Program-made: the position numbers and the translations under genes
The notes under the pieces: generated by a model
Databases searched by the model: none
What the model was told of the DNA's origin: nothing
The model's input: the letters and a program-made list of their open reading frames with translations, nothing else
Shown: positions 25,906 through 35,768 of the stretch, piece after piece
How the letters are laid out: the number at the start of each line of letters is the position of its first letter
How positions within the stretch are numbered: position 1 is the stretch's first letter
IMG/VR virus record: IMGVR_UViG_3300037755_000903
Location: 1 to 36,200 of that record
DNA: 36,200 nt
Origin: a virus
Lineage: Duplodnaviria > Caudoviricetes
Reading direction: 5' to 3' (one strand)

Positions 25906-28900
25906 CCCAGCACCTCCTCGTCCAAGTCCTCATCCAGCTCGTGGTCCAACACCCGATCCCACACCTGCGAGAACGACGGGTACCGCGAGATCAGATCCTC
26001 GGCGTGACCACGCAGCCACGCCCGAGTCGGAGCGAACGCCTGCCTCGAGCGGAAGGCGTCACGGTCGCCCGTCGCACCCTCCGCCTGATCCTGCGCCGTC
26101 TGGCGGAACCGCAGGTACTCCTGCAGGGCCCGGCCCGCCTCGGTGGCCACCACGTCTGGATCAGACGCGGCCTCCTCCAACTCGCGGACCAGCTGCTGGT
26201 TCGTCGCCGAGGACGCCACACCGGGCACGCCCTCGGGGTCGTAGCCCGGGAAGCGGTCCATCAGCTGCTCGCGGTAGTCCTTCAGCCAGAGCCGCTGGTT
26301 CTCCGCCACCCCGGCCCTGCCCGCCTCCTGTGCGTCGGCGAGGGCCTGGTCCCTCGCGGTGCGGTACAGGTAGCCGCCCACCAGGTTGTTGCCCATCGCC
26401 ACGAACTGCTCCGGGGTCAGCTGCTCCCGCTCGCCGGACGTGAACTGGGCGACGTAGGCCCGATAGTCGAACTCGCCCTCCGCCGGGGCGAAGAGCCCGT
26501 AGGTGAGCGGGAGGCGCTCGGTCACCCCGTCGTGGTCGGCCACCCACTGGATGCCCTCAGAGGTCACCGGGGCGCCCACCGTGGTGGACCGTGACGAGGC
26601 CTGCATCACCAGGAAGGCGTCGTCGCCGTACTCGCCCATGAAGTCGCCGATCGCCGTGTCCGGCGACTCCTCCCGCATCGCCTGGAAGTCCGCGTAGATC
26701 GCCGCAGCCGACGCCGCCTCAGCCTGATCCGCCCCGGCACCATCCGGGTCCACCAGCACCTGGAAGTCCGGGGAGGGGGCGGCGGGGGAGAACGACTGCG
26801 AGAGGCCACGCATGATGTACAGCGACGCCGCCTGACGCTTCGCGTCGTTCAGCATGTCGGTCACACCAGCAGGCGTCTGCTCGTACTCGCCCGTCGAGGA
26901 CAGGTAGGTGACCACGTCCATCACCGTCGAGTTGTACGTGCGCTGCTGCTCAGGGTCGACCATCCACCCCGCCAGGAAGTCCGCAGCCTGGTTCCACGCA
27001 GCGTCACCCGGCATGTTCGTCGCCCCCGTCGCCACCCGCTGCAGCCAGCGGGGCACCACGAGCTCGCGCACGTCGGTGGTGCGCCCGTACGGGGACACCT
27101 GCTCGGCCAGCCAATCGAACTTCGGCTGATCGGGGATGAACCAGCCTGCCGGGATCTGCGCCACCGGCCCCAACCCCGGCAGCACCTCCGTCGCCATGCT
27201 CAGCCCCTGCGCACGGCCGGTGAGCGGCATCGGTGTCCCCGGCCCCGCGCCCACCCCCGTCAACATCTCCGTGAGCGCACCCGACAGCGGGTAGGTGAAC
27301 ACCTGCTCGCCCCACTGGTTCTCGTCGAAGAACCCGTCCTGCGCCGACTCCAGGCCGTGCTCCAGGTTGCGGACGTTCTGCGGCCGGCGGGTCAGCAGCG
27401 CCGACCAGGTGGTGATCATCTCCTTCCACGCCTCCCCGAACGGAAAGGCGAGCCGCATCATGTCGGCCACCTGCCCCCGCTTGTGCATCGAGTACAGGAG
27501 ATCCTCCACCCCACCGAGGGCGTACGAGCGGGCCACCGCATCCGCCGTGTCGAAGTCGACGTCACCCACCCCGGCGCGCATCGTCCCCCGGACCTCGCGC
27601 ACGAACCCCCGCCCCAGACCACCGTCGCCCTGGGCGTACGCCAGCCACTGGGCCTGGGAGTCGGCATCCATCCACGGCAGCAGCCGGGTCATCTCCCCCG
27701 CCCACAGCTGCTTGAACGCGGGGGAGCGGTTCAGGTAGTTGGAGGGCTTGGAGCCGAGCCACGAGAAGGCCGTGCGCACCGTCGCGTTGTAGGCGTCGGC
27801 CGCGGTGGTCGACGAGACGTGGCGGGGCGAAGACACCCGCACCAGATCCGGCATCGCCTCAGGGATGCCCCCCTCATCGATGCGGGCCTGCACCGCACGC
27901 ACGAACGCCTCGTTCAGCCCCGACTCGCCCAGCAGATCCACGTCGCGGAAGGTGCCCGTGCGCACCGCGTCGAGCAGCTCGTCATCGCCGCCCGTGTAGA
28001 GCCTCAGCTGGTCCTCGACCACCTCCAGGTACCGGCGGGCGGCCACCTGGTTGTCGGCGAGGGCAGCCCAGTCGCCGCCAGCCTCCGCCAGACGAGCACG
28101 CACATCCGCGCCGGACTCGGTCAGCATCACCGGCAGGCCGTCGTCATCGAGCCGTCCGGCCCACGGGACCGCCTCACCATCGAAGAACCAACGCTGCGCC
28201 GAGTCCAGATCCCCCGAGCGCGCCGTGTTCCGGCCCACCACCGAAGCATGCAAGGTCGCGAGCCGATCCGCGATGCCACGGGCGAAGGACTCATCGCCCC
28301 GCCCCGCGATGGTCGCGTCGGCCAGGCGGTGACCCCCCGCGTTGATCTCATCGAGGAACGGGCCCATGTCGTCGTAGCGGGCGGCCACGAACTCGGGGAC
28401 CTCGTCCCACGGAGTGCCCCCCGGCGCGGTGGTCGCACGACGGCCGGTCATCCACGCGATCGCCGAAGCCGGATGGCTGTAGAGACCATCCAGGCCCGAC
28501 GCTGCCATGCGCAGCTGCTCGTCCATCACCGCCACACGGGCCGTCCACGCCGGCCGCAGCAGCGCAACCGGCTTGAACACGAACGAGGTGAACCCGAACA
28601 GGCCGTCCCACAGCATCCGGTAGTTCGTCGGGTCGTTCCCGAAGAACCGGCGACCACCGGACTCGGCCAACGCCGCGGCCTGACGGCCCTCACCCAACAG
28701 CCCCTGCCGCGACGCCCCGCCCTGCTCGAGCAGCAGCCGCGACACGTTCACCTTCCGCCCACCCCACGGCACCGTCACCGTCGCCCCCGAGGTGGCACGG
28801 CGTAGCGTCCGGAAGTCCGGCAGCGGCACCGGATGGTCGATCATCTCCGAGTCCAGCAGCGGAGAGGCCGTGCGGCCCGCAGCATCAGCGTCCGGGTCCA

Positions 28901-30683
28901 GCAGCATCGCCGGAGACCACGCGTTGCGGCCCAGCCGATCCTGCGCGTACCCCGACGCCACCCGCCCCTGCTCGTCCCACATGCGCGTCACCATCCGCGC
29001 ATCAGACGGCGCCAGCCCCCACTCCGACACCAGGTCGTCCTCGATCCGGCCGAACAGGTCACGGAACGCCGTCAGACGGCCCTCGCGGCCACTGGACTCC
29101 ACCAGGGCCTCCACACCCTCACGGATCACCTCGTCGTCGACCTTGGCGTTGCGGGCCGTCCGCTCGAACGTCGACACCGCATCCTCGATGTCGTCGAGGT
29201 CCACCGACTCGCCCGGCGTGTCGTAGGACCACCGCGACCGTGCGATCGGCTTGATGCGCAGCGACGACCCGATCGTCACCCCCAGCTCCTCATCCAGCAC
29301 CGCCCGCACCTCATCGGGTGTCACTGCGTCCCGCAGCCGGCGAGCCGTCATCGGGTCCATCTGGCGGCCCGTCGCCGCCCAGACGTCGTAGGTCGAGTCC
29401 ATGTCGGCCAGTGCGGTGACGCGCGCCGAGCCCTCCGGGCCGTTCAGCCACGCGGTGACCTGGCCGGCGTCCACGAACCGTCGCGTCCCGTCGATGCCAC
29501 CCGCAGCACGCCGACGGCGGATCGGCGCGGTGGCGTCACCCACCGCGTCCGCGGCACGCCGCGCGGCCGAGCGGCCCGCAGCCGACGACGCCGCCCCCTC
29601 CACAGCGCCCTCGGCCAGGTCGTCGGCCAGCGGCACCACATCATCCGCGAGACGGGCAGCGTCATCAGCCACCCCCGCCGCCCGGCCCACATCACCCACA
29701 TCATCAGCGAGACCCACCGCCCGCACACCACGAGACCCCGACCCCGCACCCGAGATCAGGTTCACCGGGTCGGCCACCACCGCCACGGTCATGTCCACCA
29801 GCCCCGACAGCGTCCGGTACGGGCCCGTCCCCGGCTCGAACACCTGCGACGCCGCCTGACGGCCCGGCGTGATCACCTGCCCGCCCACGTTCCCGTACCG
29901 CAACATCACCTCACGGCGACGCTGCTCGGTCGCCGAATCCGGATCGGCGAAGTAGCCCGTGCCCAGATCCACCGGCCGACCCTCAGCGAAGTCGGCGCCC
30001 ACCTGGCCCACCGTCGTCTGCTGCCACGTCGACATCGACGTCGGAATCCGCGACCCCGAGAAGAGCCCCACATCGTTGCGGAACGCCGTCCGGTATCCCG
30101 CCTGCACCGACTGGTAGGGGGCGTCGAGCAGCACCGTCGCCGTGCGCACCGCCGGCATCGTCCCGTACTGCTCCACCGCCTGCTCAGCTCGCGCCGTCTC
30201 CTCCCGGCTGATCCCGTGCCACTCGTTGATCTCCCGAGTCGCGTTCGCCTGGATGTCACCCGCTGACTGCTGACCTTCGATGCCACCAGCGATCACCTGT
30301 GACATCCACGACGGCTTCGCCACCTTGCCCGCCGCGGGCAACATCAGCCCCGCCTTGCCCGGGATCGGCCCACCCGCCAACTGCTCGGCCGTCACCTCCT
30401 CACCCACCTGGTAGGCGCCCATGCTCCGGTACCGGTTCGCGTAGATCGACCCCTGCGCAGCGAACCGTGCCACCGGCTCATCCGGCTCCACACCGCCCTG
30501 CGCCAGCGACAGGTGCACCCCCGGCTCCAACCACGGATAGGCGGTCGACAGGCGGTCCACCCGCCCCGCCACCTCCGGCATCCGCCGAGCGTTCATCTCC
30601 GACACGCGCCGAAGCCGCTGCGTGCGCGACATCTCCTCGATCAACGGCCGATCGTCGCCGACGAAGAAGGGGGAGACCACCAT
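25902..30683 (-). CDS. Very large internal virion/ejection protein (about 1593 aa)
   Basis: MVVSPFF start overlaps the upstream TGA. Mostly helical, with no tape-measure context. Confidence 0.7.
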   Translation of the reverse strand: MVVSPFFVGDDRPLIEEMSRTQRLRRVSEMNARRMPEVAGRVDRLSTAYPWLEPGVHLSLAQGGVEPDEPVARFAAQGSIYANRYRSMGAYQVGEEVTAEQLAGGPIPGKAGLMLPAAGKVAKPSWMSQVIAGGIEGQQSAGDIQANATREINEWHGISREETARAEQAVEQYGTMPAVRTATVLLDAPYQSVQAGYRTAFRNDVGLFSGSRIPTSMSTWQQTTVGQVGADFAEGRPVDLGTGYFADPDSATEQRRREVMLRYGNVGGQVITPGRQAASQVFEPGTGPYRTLSGLVDMTVAVVADPVNLISGAGSGSRGVRAVGLADDVGDVGRAAGVADDAARLADDVVPLADDLAEGAVEGAASSAAGRSAARRAADAVGDATAPIRRRRAAGGIDGTRRFVDAGQVTAWLNGPEGSARVTALADMDSTYDVWAATGRQMDPMTARRLRDAVTPDEVRAVLDEELGVTIGSSLRIKPIARSRWSYDTPGESVDLDDIEDAVSTFERTARNAKVDDEVIREGVEALVESSGREGRLTAFRDLFGRIEDDLVSEWGLAPSDARMVTRMWDEQGRVASGYAQDRLGRNAWSPAMLLDPDADAAGRTASPLLDSEMIDHPVPLPDFRTLRRATSGATVTVPWGGRKVNVSRLLLEQGGASRQGLLGEGRQAAALAESGGRRFFGNDPTNYRMLWDGLFGFTSFVFKPVALLRPAWTARVAVMDEQLRMAASGLDGLYSHPASAIAWMTGRRATTAPGGTPWDEVPEFVAARYDDMGPFLDEINAGGHRLADATIAGRGDESFARGIADRLATLHASVVGRNTARSGDLDSAQRWFFDGEAVPWAGRLDDDGLPVMLTESGADVRARLAEAGGDWAALADNQVAARRYLEVVEDQLRLYTGGDDELLDAVRTGTFRDVDLLGESGLNEAFVRAVQARIDEGGIPEAMPDLVRVSSPRHVSSTTAADAYNATVRTAFSWLGSKPSNYLNRSPAFKQLWAGEMTRLLPWMDADSQAQWLAYAQGDGGLGRGFVREVRGTMRAGVGDVDFDTADAVARSYALGGVEDLLYSMHKRGQVADMMRLAFPFGEAWKEMITTWSALLTRRPQNVRNLEHGLESAQDGFFDENQWGEQVFTYPLSGALTEMLTGVGAGPGTPMPLTGRAQGLSMATEVLPGLGPVAQIPAGWFIPDQPKFDWLAEQVSPYGRTTDVRELVVPRWLQRVATGATNMPGDAAWNQAADFLAGWMVDPEQQRTYNSTVMDVVTYLSSTGEYEQTPAGVTDMLNDAKRQAASLYIMRGLSQSFSPAAPSPDFQVLVDPDGAGADQAEAASAAAIYADFQAMREESPDTAIGDFMGEYGDDAFLVMQASSRSTTVGAPVTSEGIQWVADHDGVTERLPLTYGLFAPAEGEFDYRAYVAQFTSGEREQLTPEQFVAMGNNLVGGYLYRTARDQALADAQEAGRAGVAENQRLWLKDYREQLMDRFPGYDPEGVPGVASSATNQQLVRELEEAASDPDVVATEAGRALQEYLRFRQTAQDQAEGATGDRDAFRSRQAFAPTRAWLRGHAEDLISRYPSFSQVWDRVLDHELDEDLDEEVLG

Positions 30684-30859
30684 CAGGCGTCCATGACCTT
30701 CCACAGGCGGACCCACGGATCGTGGGACGGCATGACCCGGTGCCATGCCTGACGGCGCCAGCCACGGAAGTAGAGGCGCCAATGCCGACGAAACCCGCGG
30801 CGCATCTGACGCCGCTCCTGCCGATGACACTCCCGCTCCGAGCGAATGAGATCGATCAT
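30683..30859 (-). CDS. 58-aa Arg/Trp-rich peptide
   Basis: MIDLIRSERECHRQERRQMRRGFRRHWRLYFRGWRRQAWHRVMPSHDPWVRLWKVMDA. Starts 2 nt after the upstream stop and is TGATG-coupled downstream. Confidence 0.55.
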   Translation of the reverse strand: MIDLIRSERECHRQERRQMRRGFRRHWRLYFRGWRRQAWHRVMPSHDPWVRLWKVMDA

Positions 30860-30861
30860 GG

Positions 30862-31293
30862 TCAGCGCGACAACCGCTCGATCAGACGGGCCAGACCGGG
30901 CGTCGGGTGCGCCCGGTACAACGCCAGGAGCTGCTCCACCTCCACCGCGTCGGACTGTGCCGAGGCGCCCAGCATCTCGGGGCCAGCGCCCGCACCGATC
31001 GGCAGGCCGGCGGTCACCGGCTGGCCCGGCTGCTGACTGCCGGCAGTGAGCGGGGGAGGGGCTTCCTGGCCGGCCCGCATCATCATGGAGGTGCCGCCAC
31101 CGGGGCCTGGCGGGGGAGTCGCGGTGGGGAGGGGGACCGCAGCCTGACGGGCCTCACCCTGGCGGACGTCGCCGTACTCGCGGCCACCGGAGGTCACCCG
31201 GGGCGCCTGCGCGGAGCCCTGCATGTCGGTCCGGTTCGGGTACGCCTTGCCCTGCTGGCCGGCGCGCTTCCCACCGCGACCCCGCCGCGCCAC
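30862..31293 (-). CDS. Hypothetical portal-adjacent protein
   Basis: Basic N-terminus; REYG...PGQPVTAGLPIGAGAGPE. Abuts the portal stop. Confidence 0.7.
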   Translation of the reverse strand: MARRGRGGKRAGQQGKAYPNRTDMQGSAQAPRVTSGGREYGDVRQGEARQAAVPLPTATPPPGPGGGTSMMMRAGQEAPPPLTAGSQQPGQPVTAGLPIGAGAGPEMLGASAQSDAVEVEQLLALYRAHPTPGLARLIERLSR

Positions 31294-33102
31294 CTACCTC
31301 ACCCCGCCCATCTGCTGGGGGCGAACGAGCCCAGCCAGCAGCTCCTGGAGATTGCCCGACGACGGCGAGGCCGTCGTGGGGTCCGGGATCGCCAGCCCTG
31401 CCTCCGCGCCCTGGCCGGGCGGGGAGAGCCCCGGCATCGTCTCCGGCGCACCCTCCGGCACCTGCGCCGCCTGACGCTCCTGAGCCTCCCGCTGCACCGC
31501 CTCCGTCGCCTCGTAGAGGGTCATCCCCTCCTCGTCGACCTTGCGAGCGAACGACGCGAAGTCCGCCGGCTGCCAAGGCCCTTCAGGGGAGGCGGCCATC
31601 GTCGTCAACGACGCCAGGAACGCCGCCTCGAGCTGCTCGGTGATCATGTCGTCGTGCTCGTCCTCCACGTCGGTGATCAGCGGCGAGAACTTCATCAGCG
31701 TCTTCTTCGACATCGCCCCCATGCCCACCAGCTGGCCACCCACCACCACCGTGTCCGCCGCATCCATCCCCGGCACGTCATGACTGACGATGAAGGTCGG
31801 CTCCGTCGCCCACATCTCACCGGGGCTGTACTCCACCCGGCCCCGGGCGCCCTTCCACTGCACCCACCACGACCGCTTCACCGCCCGGAACCACGCCTTG
31901 TCGACCTTCGCGGCGATCCCCAGCTCCTCACCCAGGCTGTACGCCATCAGCTCCTGAGCCTCAGCCACCGGGTAGTCCACCGTCGACGACAGGATCTGCG
32001 CGCCGCGGCGACCCGTGCGCACGTTCGTCGACGCCTGACCACCGAACTCGGAGGGGATGCCGCCCGTCTGACGCTCCGCGTACTCCATCCGGTCCAACGT
32101 CGTGTTCTGCATGAACTGCGGATCCACCGGCCGCGGCCGGATCGCACCACCGGTCACCACCCCGATCTCACCCGACATCGGATCCGGGGTCTGCACCACC
32201 TCTGGCGTCTCGTTCTGCCGGGCCTCCAACCACTCCTCCTGGAACACCCCCCGGCGCACCGCCTCGATCGACAACGCCTGCAGCTCGGCCCGACCCTCGT
32301 ACATGCCGATCATCTGCTCGAAGATCGAATGGCCACCCGACGTCATCGTGACGATGTCCGGCACCACCACCTGGCACACGCCGGCCGGGTTCGCGTAGTC
32401 GCGCAGCACCACCGCATGGCACTCACCGTTCGAGCCCGCCGCGGCATCCTGCGGACGGTCCGCCCGGGTGCCCAGCACCAGCAGGCACTGTTCGGCCGAC
32501 TCGTACCGGTAGATGCGGAACCGAGCCGTCAGATCCGGGGCCTGGCCGTCCCACCGGTAGCCCTTGTAGATCGCCGCGGCCTGCTCCGGATAGTGGGCCC
32601 GCAGCCAACCGAACGTCTGCGTCTGCGTCACGATCACATCCCGCGGGCACATCTCCCGACGGGACCCACGATCAGGCAGCACCAGCAGCGGATCCAACGC
32701 CTCGAACGTGGGCCGCTCCGCGTCGAAGTCCGGGCGCACCAGCACCGGCGACCGGCCGTAGCCCACCAGATGGCGGGCCCGCTCCCGCTTGATCAGCCGG
32801 TACTTGCTGGCCTCGAGCAGACCCAGGCCCGCACGACGCTGGGCCTCCGCCCGCTCCTCCGCACGCTTGCCCGTCGAGCGCGCCGGCACCATCACCGTCT
32901 CCGGCGGATCAGCCACCCGCATCCCGACGTGGTCCACCCCGACGCGGATCAGGTTGGCCACCGCCGCCTTCGTCAACCCCTCCGGCACCGGCACCACCAT
33001 CGCCCCGTCGTACGCCGTGGCGATGTTGCGGGCCGCGGCCATGAACGGCCCCTCCGCCTCCTGGCGCAACCGGAACTCGTTGATCAGCTGCTCAGCGTTC
33101 AC
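31294..33102 (-). CDS. Portal protein
   Basis: 602 aa directly after the terminase: ANLIRVGVD...YGRSPVLVRPD...ERQTGGIPSEFGG...TGRRG. Confidence 0.85.
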   Translation of the reverse strand: MNAEQLINEFRLRQEAEGPFMAAARNIATAYDGAMVVPVPEGLTKAAVANLIRVGVDHVGMRVADPPETVMVPARSTGKRAEERAEAQRRAGLGLLEASKYRLIKRERARHLVGYGRSPVLVRPDFDAERPTFEALDPLLVLPDRGSRREMCPRDVIVTQTQTFGWLRAHYPEQAAAIYKGYRWDGQAPDLTARFRIYRYESAEQCLLVLGTRADRPQDAAAGSNGECHAVVLRDYANPAGVCQVVVPDIVTMTSGGHSIFEQMIGMYEGRAELQALSIEAVRRGVFQEEWLEARQNETPEVVQTPDPMSGEIGVVTGGAIRPRPVDPQFMQNTTLDRMEYAERQTGGIPSEFGGQASTNVRTGRRGAQILSSTVDYPVAEAQELMAYSLGEELGIAAKVDKAWFRAVKRSWWVQWKGARGRVEYSPGEMWATEPTFIVSHDVPGMDAADTVVVGGQLVGMGAMSKKTLMKFSPLITDVEDEHDDMITEQLEAAFLASLTTMAASPEGPWQPADFASFARKVDEEGMTLYEATEAVQREAQERQAAQVPEGAPETMPGLSPPGQGAEAGLAIPDPTTASPSSGNLQELLAGLVRPQQMGGVR

Positions 33103-33115
33103 GGTCGGATGCTCC

Positions 33116-35053
33116 TCATGCCGCAGCCCCTGTCGTAGCCCTCGACTGCACGTAGCCGCCCCGCAGCCAGCCCGGGCGGCGCATCTTCGGCATCTTCGCC
33201 GTGTCCACCGTCAGCAACGTCGGCAGACGGTGCGCCGCCATCCACAACATCATCACGCAGTCATCAGTCCGACCATCGGGCCACAACGTGGCCTCATCCA
33301 CCAGCTTCAACGACGCCAGCCGGGCCCCTTGGGCACCTGGCAGGCGGAGCTTCCCGTTCCGGAACATCGGCCGCAGCAGCGCCCACACCCCGAACTCGGT
33401 GTCGGCCTTGTTCCGATGCGTCTCGTGGCCGATGATCCGCACCCCCCACTTCGCCTGCCACCTGCGCACGTACTCGTGCTGCAGCAGGTACCGCTGCGCA
33501 GCGTTCTGCTCCACCACCCACGCCGTGATCGGCAGCTTCAGGTCCACCGACCGGGCCTGCCACTCCTCCATCACCCCAGAGAACGACCGCGTCCCATCGG
33601 TCCACTCCAAGAACTCCGGCGCATCCATCCGCCGGCGCAGCAGATCCAACATCCACCACTGACCCGTCGACGGCTGCACCACGAACCACCCCACCGCCCA
33701 GTACTGCGTCGGCGAAGGGTCCGCCGCACAGATCGACACCAGCGGCCCCTCCAAGCCCTCCGGCAGCTGGCTGATCCCACGCTCCGGATCCCAGCAGCCC
33801 GGGTGGTACTCACGGGTCTGCGGATCCTGACCACCATCGATCCACATGCGAGGCGCGAGGACACCCGACGGATCCGAGTCCTCCTGCTGGAACAGCACCC
33901 GGTAGCGATCCCGGTTCATCATCGCCACCTTCAGCTCCCGCCACGGCACCCTCACCGGGTCCAGCAGGCAGCCCTCCGGGTACGGCTTCGCCACCCCCGG
34001 CCGATGATCCTCCGAGCACCGGTCCTCGTAGTGCGCCTTGAACACGATGTGGTGGTACTTCCGCCGGCCGAAGGCCTCAGAGGTGGGGAGGTCCGGATCT
34101 TCCTCGGCGTCGTAGAGCTCATCGCCCCCCGCCTTGTCCCGGCAGTACGCGTACAGGTCCGTGGCCGCCAACCGCTGGCCCACCAGCATCAACAACCCAC
34201 TCGGCTCCAACCGGGTCTCTGCCTCGTCATCCCACCACTCCTGCTGCGCCACCTGCTGCTCAGGAGACCGCACCACCTTCTTCGTCACCAGGTCGTCCCA
34301 CACGATCACCGCCAACCGCATGCCCAGCTGACCCGAATCCATCCCGAACGCCGTCCACGTCGACTCCTTCTCGTCGATCGGCGTCTCCCCGAACTGCTCC
34401 ACGATGAACTGATCCCGCCGCCAGATGTCCGACGCCTCCGGCTTGAACCGGCCGAAATCACCCAGCAACGTCGCCTCAGCATCCACCGCCAACCCACGCG
34501 CCCGGTCGTCGTCCTTCGCCTGCACCGGCACCTTCCGCTCGAGCGTCCGACGCAACCGGCCCGTGTACGTCGCCGCCATCGACGACACGTGATGACCCAA
34601 CAGCCCACGCACCGCCCGATCACGCACCGTCAACCACGCCGGCAAGTCATGCGTGAACCCCGTCGTCTTCCCCGACCCCGGCGGGCAGTTCAAGACCACG
34701 TACTCCTTGTCCGGCGTCGCCTGCAGCCGCACCACCTCGTTCGCCGCCTCCGTCTGCCACGGCGTCGCCACATGCGCGCAGTACCTCGGCCGGAACAAGG
34801 CAAAGTCCTCGAGGGACGCCAACGCCAGCTCCGAGAGATCCTCACGCCGACGAGGACCCCCCGCAGCATCAGCCTCCTCCGCCTCCCGAGCAGCCACCCA
34901 CCCATGCGACGACTCGTTCTGCAGCCGGTAGTCGTGAGCCTTCGCCCACGAGTACGACACCCCCGCCTGCCGACACGCCTCCGCCCGCGTGTACCCCTCA
35001 GCGATCAGCGCCTGATACCGCCGGCGCCGCATCGGATCCACCTTCGGAGGCAC
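33116..35053 (-). CDS. terL: Terminase large subunit with N-terminal HTH
   Basis: Walker A CPPGSGKT, Walker B IVWDDLV, VGQR coupling motif, nuclease AADPS...VEQN...DDCVM. Likely leaderless GTG at 35053 after TATCGT. Confidence 0.92.
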   Translation of the reverse strand: MPPKVDPMRRRRYQALIAEGYTRAEACRQAGVSYSWAKAHDYRLQNESSHGWVAAREAEEADAAGGPRRREDLSELALASLEDFALFRPRYCAHVATPWQTEAANEVVRLQATPDKEYVVLNCPPGSGKTTGFTHDLPAWLTVRDRAVRGLLGHHVSSMAATYTGRLRRTLERKVPVQAKDDDRARGLAVDAEATLLGDFGRFKPEASDIWRRDQFIVEQFGETPIDEKESTWTAFGMDSGQLGMRLAVIVWDDLVTKKVVRSPEQQVAQQEWWDDEAETRLEPSGLLMLVGQRLAATDLYAYCRDKAGGDELYDAEEDPDLPTSEAFGRRKYHHIVFKAHYEDRCSEDHRPGVAKPYPEGCLLDPVRVPWRELKVAMMNRDRYRVLFQQEDSDPSGVLAPRMWIDGGQDPQTREYHPGCWDPERGISQLPEGLEGPLVSICAADPSPTQYWAVGWFVVQPSTGQWWMLDLLRRRMDAPEFLEWTDGTRSFSGVMEEWQARSVDLKLPITAWVVEQNAAQRYLLQHEYVRRWQAKWGVRIIGHETHRNKADTEFGVWALLRPMFRNGKLRLPGAQGARLASLKLVDEATLWPDGRTDDCVMMLWMAAHRLPTLLTVDTAKMPKMRRPGWLRGGYVQSRATTGAAA

Positions 35054-35305
35054 GGGCGAACGATACACCGCAAGTGCCGAAGAACAGGAGGACCCCAAGG
35101 GGAGGGGCTAGAGGGCAAGAGGGGGCACGGAAGAGGGCCAAGGAGCCTCCGAGAACCCAGAGAAGCCCAACACGACCACCAACGAACCCAACCTACGGCC
35201 AACCAGGACGAGGGGAGAACATCACATAAGAGCGGGCCCTGCCTCGGCATATGCCCCGGTCATAGTCTGGTGCTGGGGGCACCAGCTGGGCCGAAAGGGC
35301 GTCCT

Positions 35306-35333
35306 GCTTGACAGAACCACCATTATGGGCGGA
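35306..35333 (-). other. dif-like (XerCD) recombination site
   Basis: TCCGCCCATAA-TGGTGG-TTCTGTCAAGC, an 11-6-11 layout. Each arm matches E. coli dif (GGTGCGCATAA-TGTATA-TTATGTTAAAT) at 7/11. Confidence 0.65.
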
Positions 35334-35579
35334 TCTTTCGACCCCTCCTGCTGCACCCCCGCCCCCCTCGTAGCATGTTCTATTGACCGCCGGCCCGCTT
35401 CTACGCGCTTGGCATGACGTTTCGGTGCCTTCTGGTCGACTCTTCGTCAACAACAGGCGCGAGGGGGGCGGATCCGGCCTATCGCCAAGTGGTGGCTTGT
35501 TCTGCCTGTCGTGTCCTTGAGCTGGGCCGGCGTCGGGGGTCGGTGGGAGGGGGCTCTTTGGGGCTCGTTGGGTGGGCAC

Positions 35580-35768
35580 GTCCCCTGGTCCCCTCTAAAG
35601 AGGGGAGGGGACCGGGGACCACGTGCGGCGGGGTGGTCCCCGGTGGTCCCCGTGGTGGTCCCCGCCTGCAATGGCGGGGTTTTCTGGTGGTGGTCCCGGT
35701 GGTGGTCCCGGTGGGGACCGGGCCGAGTGGTCCCGGTGGTGGTCCCTGGTCCCTGTATGGTGGGGACC
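35580..35768. repeat. Iteron-like GGTCCC/GGGACC array with a central palindrome (candidate origin)
   Basis: Nine GGTCCC and four GGGACC in about 190 bp, around CCCCTCT-AA-AGAGGGG. Confidence 0.8.

Noticed and set aside
25902-30683. Large ORF as a tape measure protein or virion RNA polymerase
   Set aside because: No tail tube or chaperone genes, no tape-measure periodicity, and no polymerase motifs that I can recognise.
35099-35106. GGGGAGGG KOPS-like octamer pointing toward the dif-like site
   Set aside because: A single copy in G-rich DNA, and another at 35602 points away, so there is no convincing polarity.
35580-35768. Repeat array as a CRISPR array
   Set aside because: Units are 6-12 bp with no unique spacers. 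The Cas4-like nuclease is an ordinary phage exonuclease.
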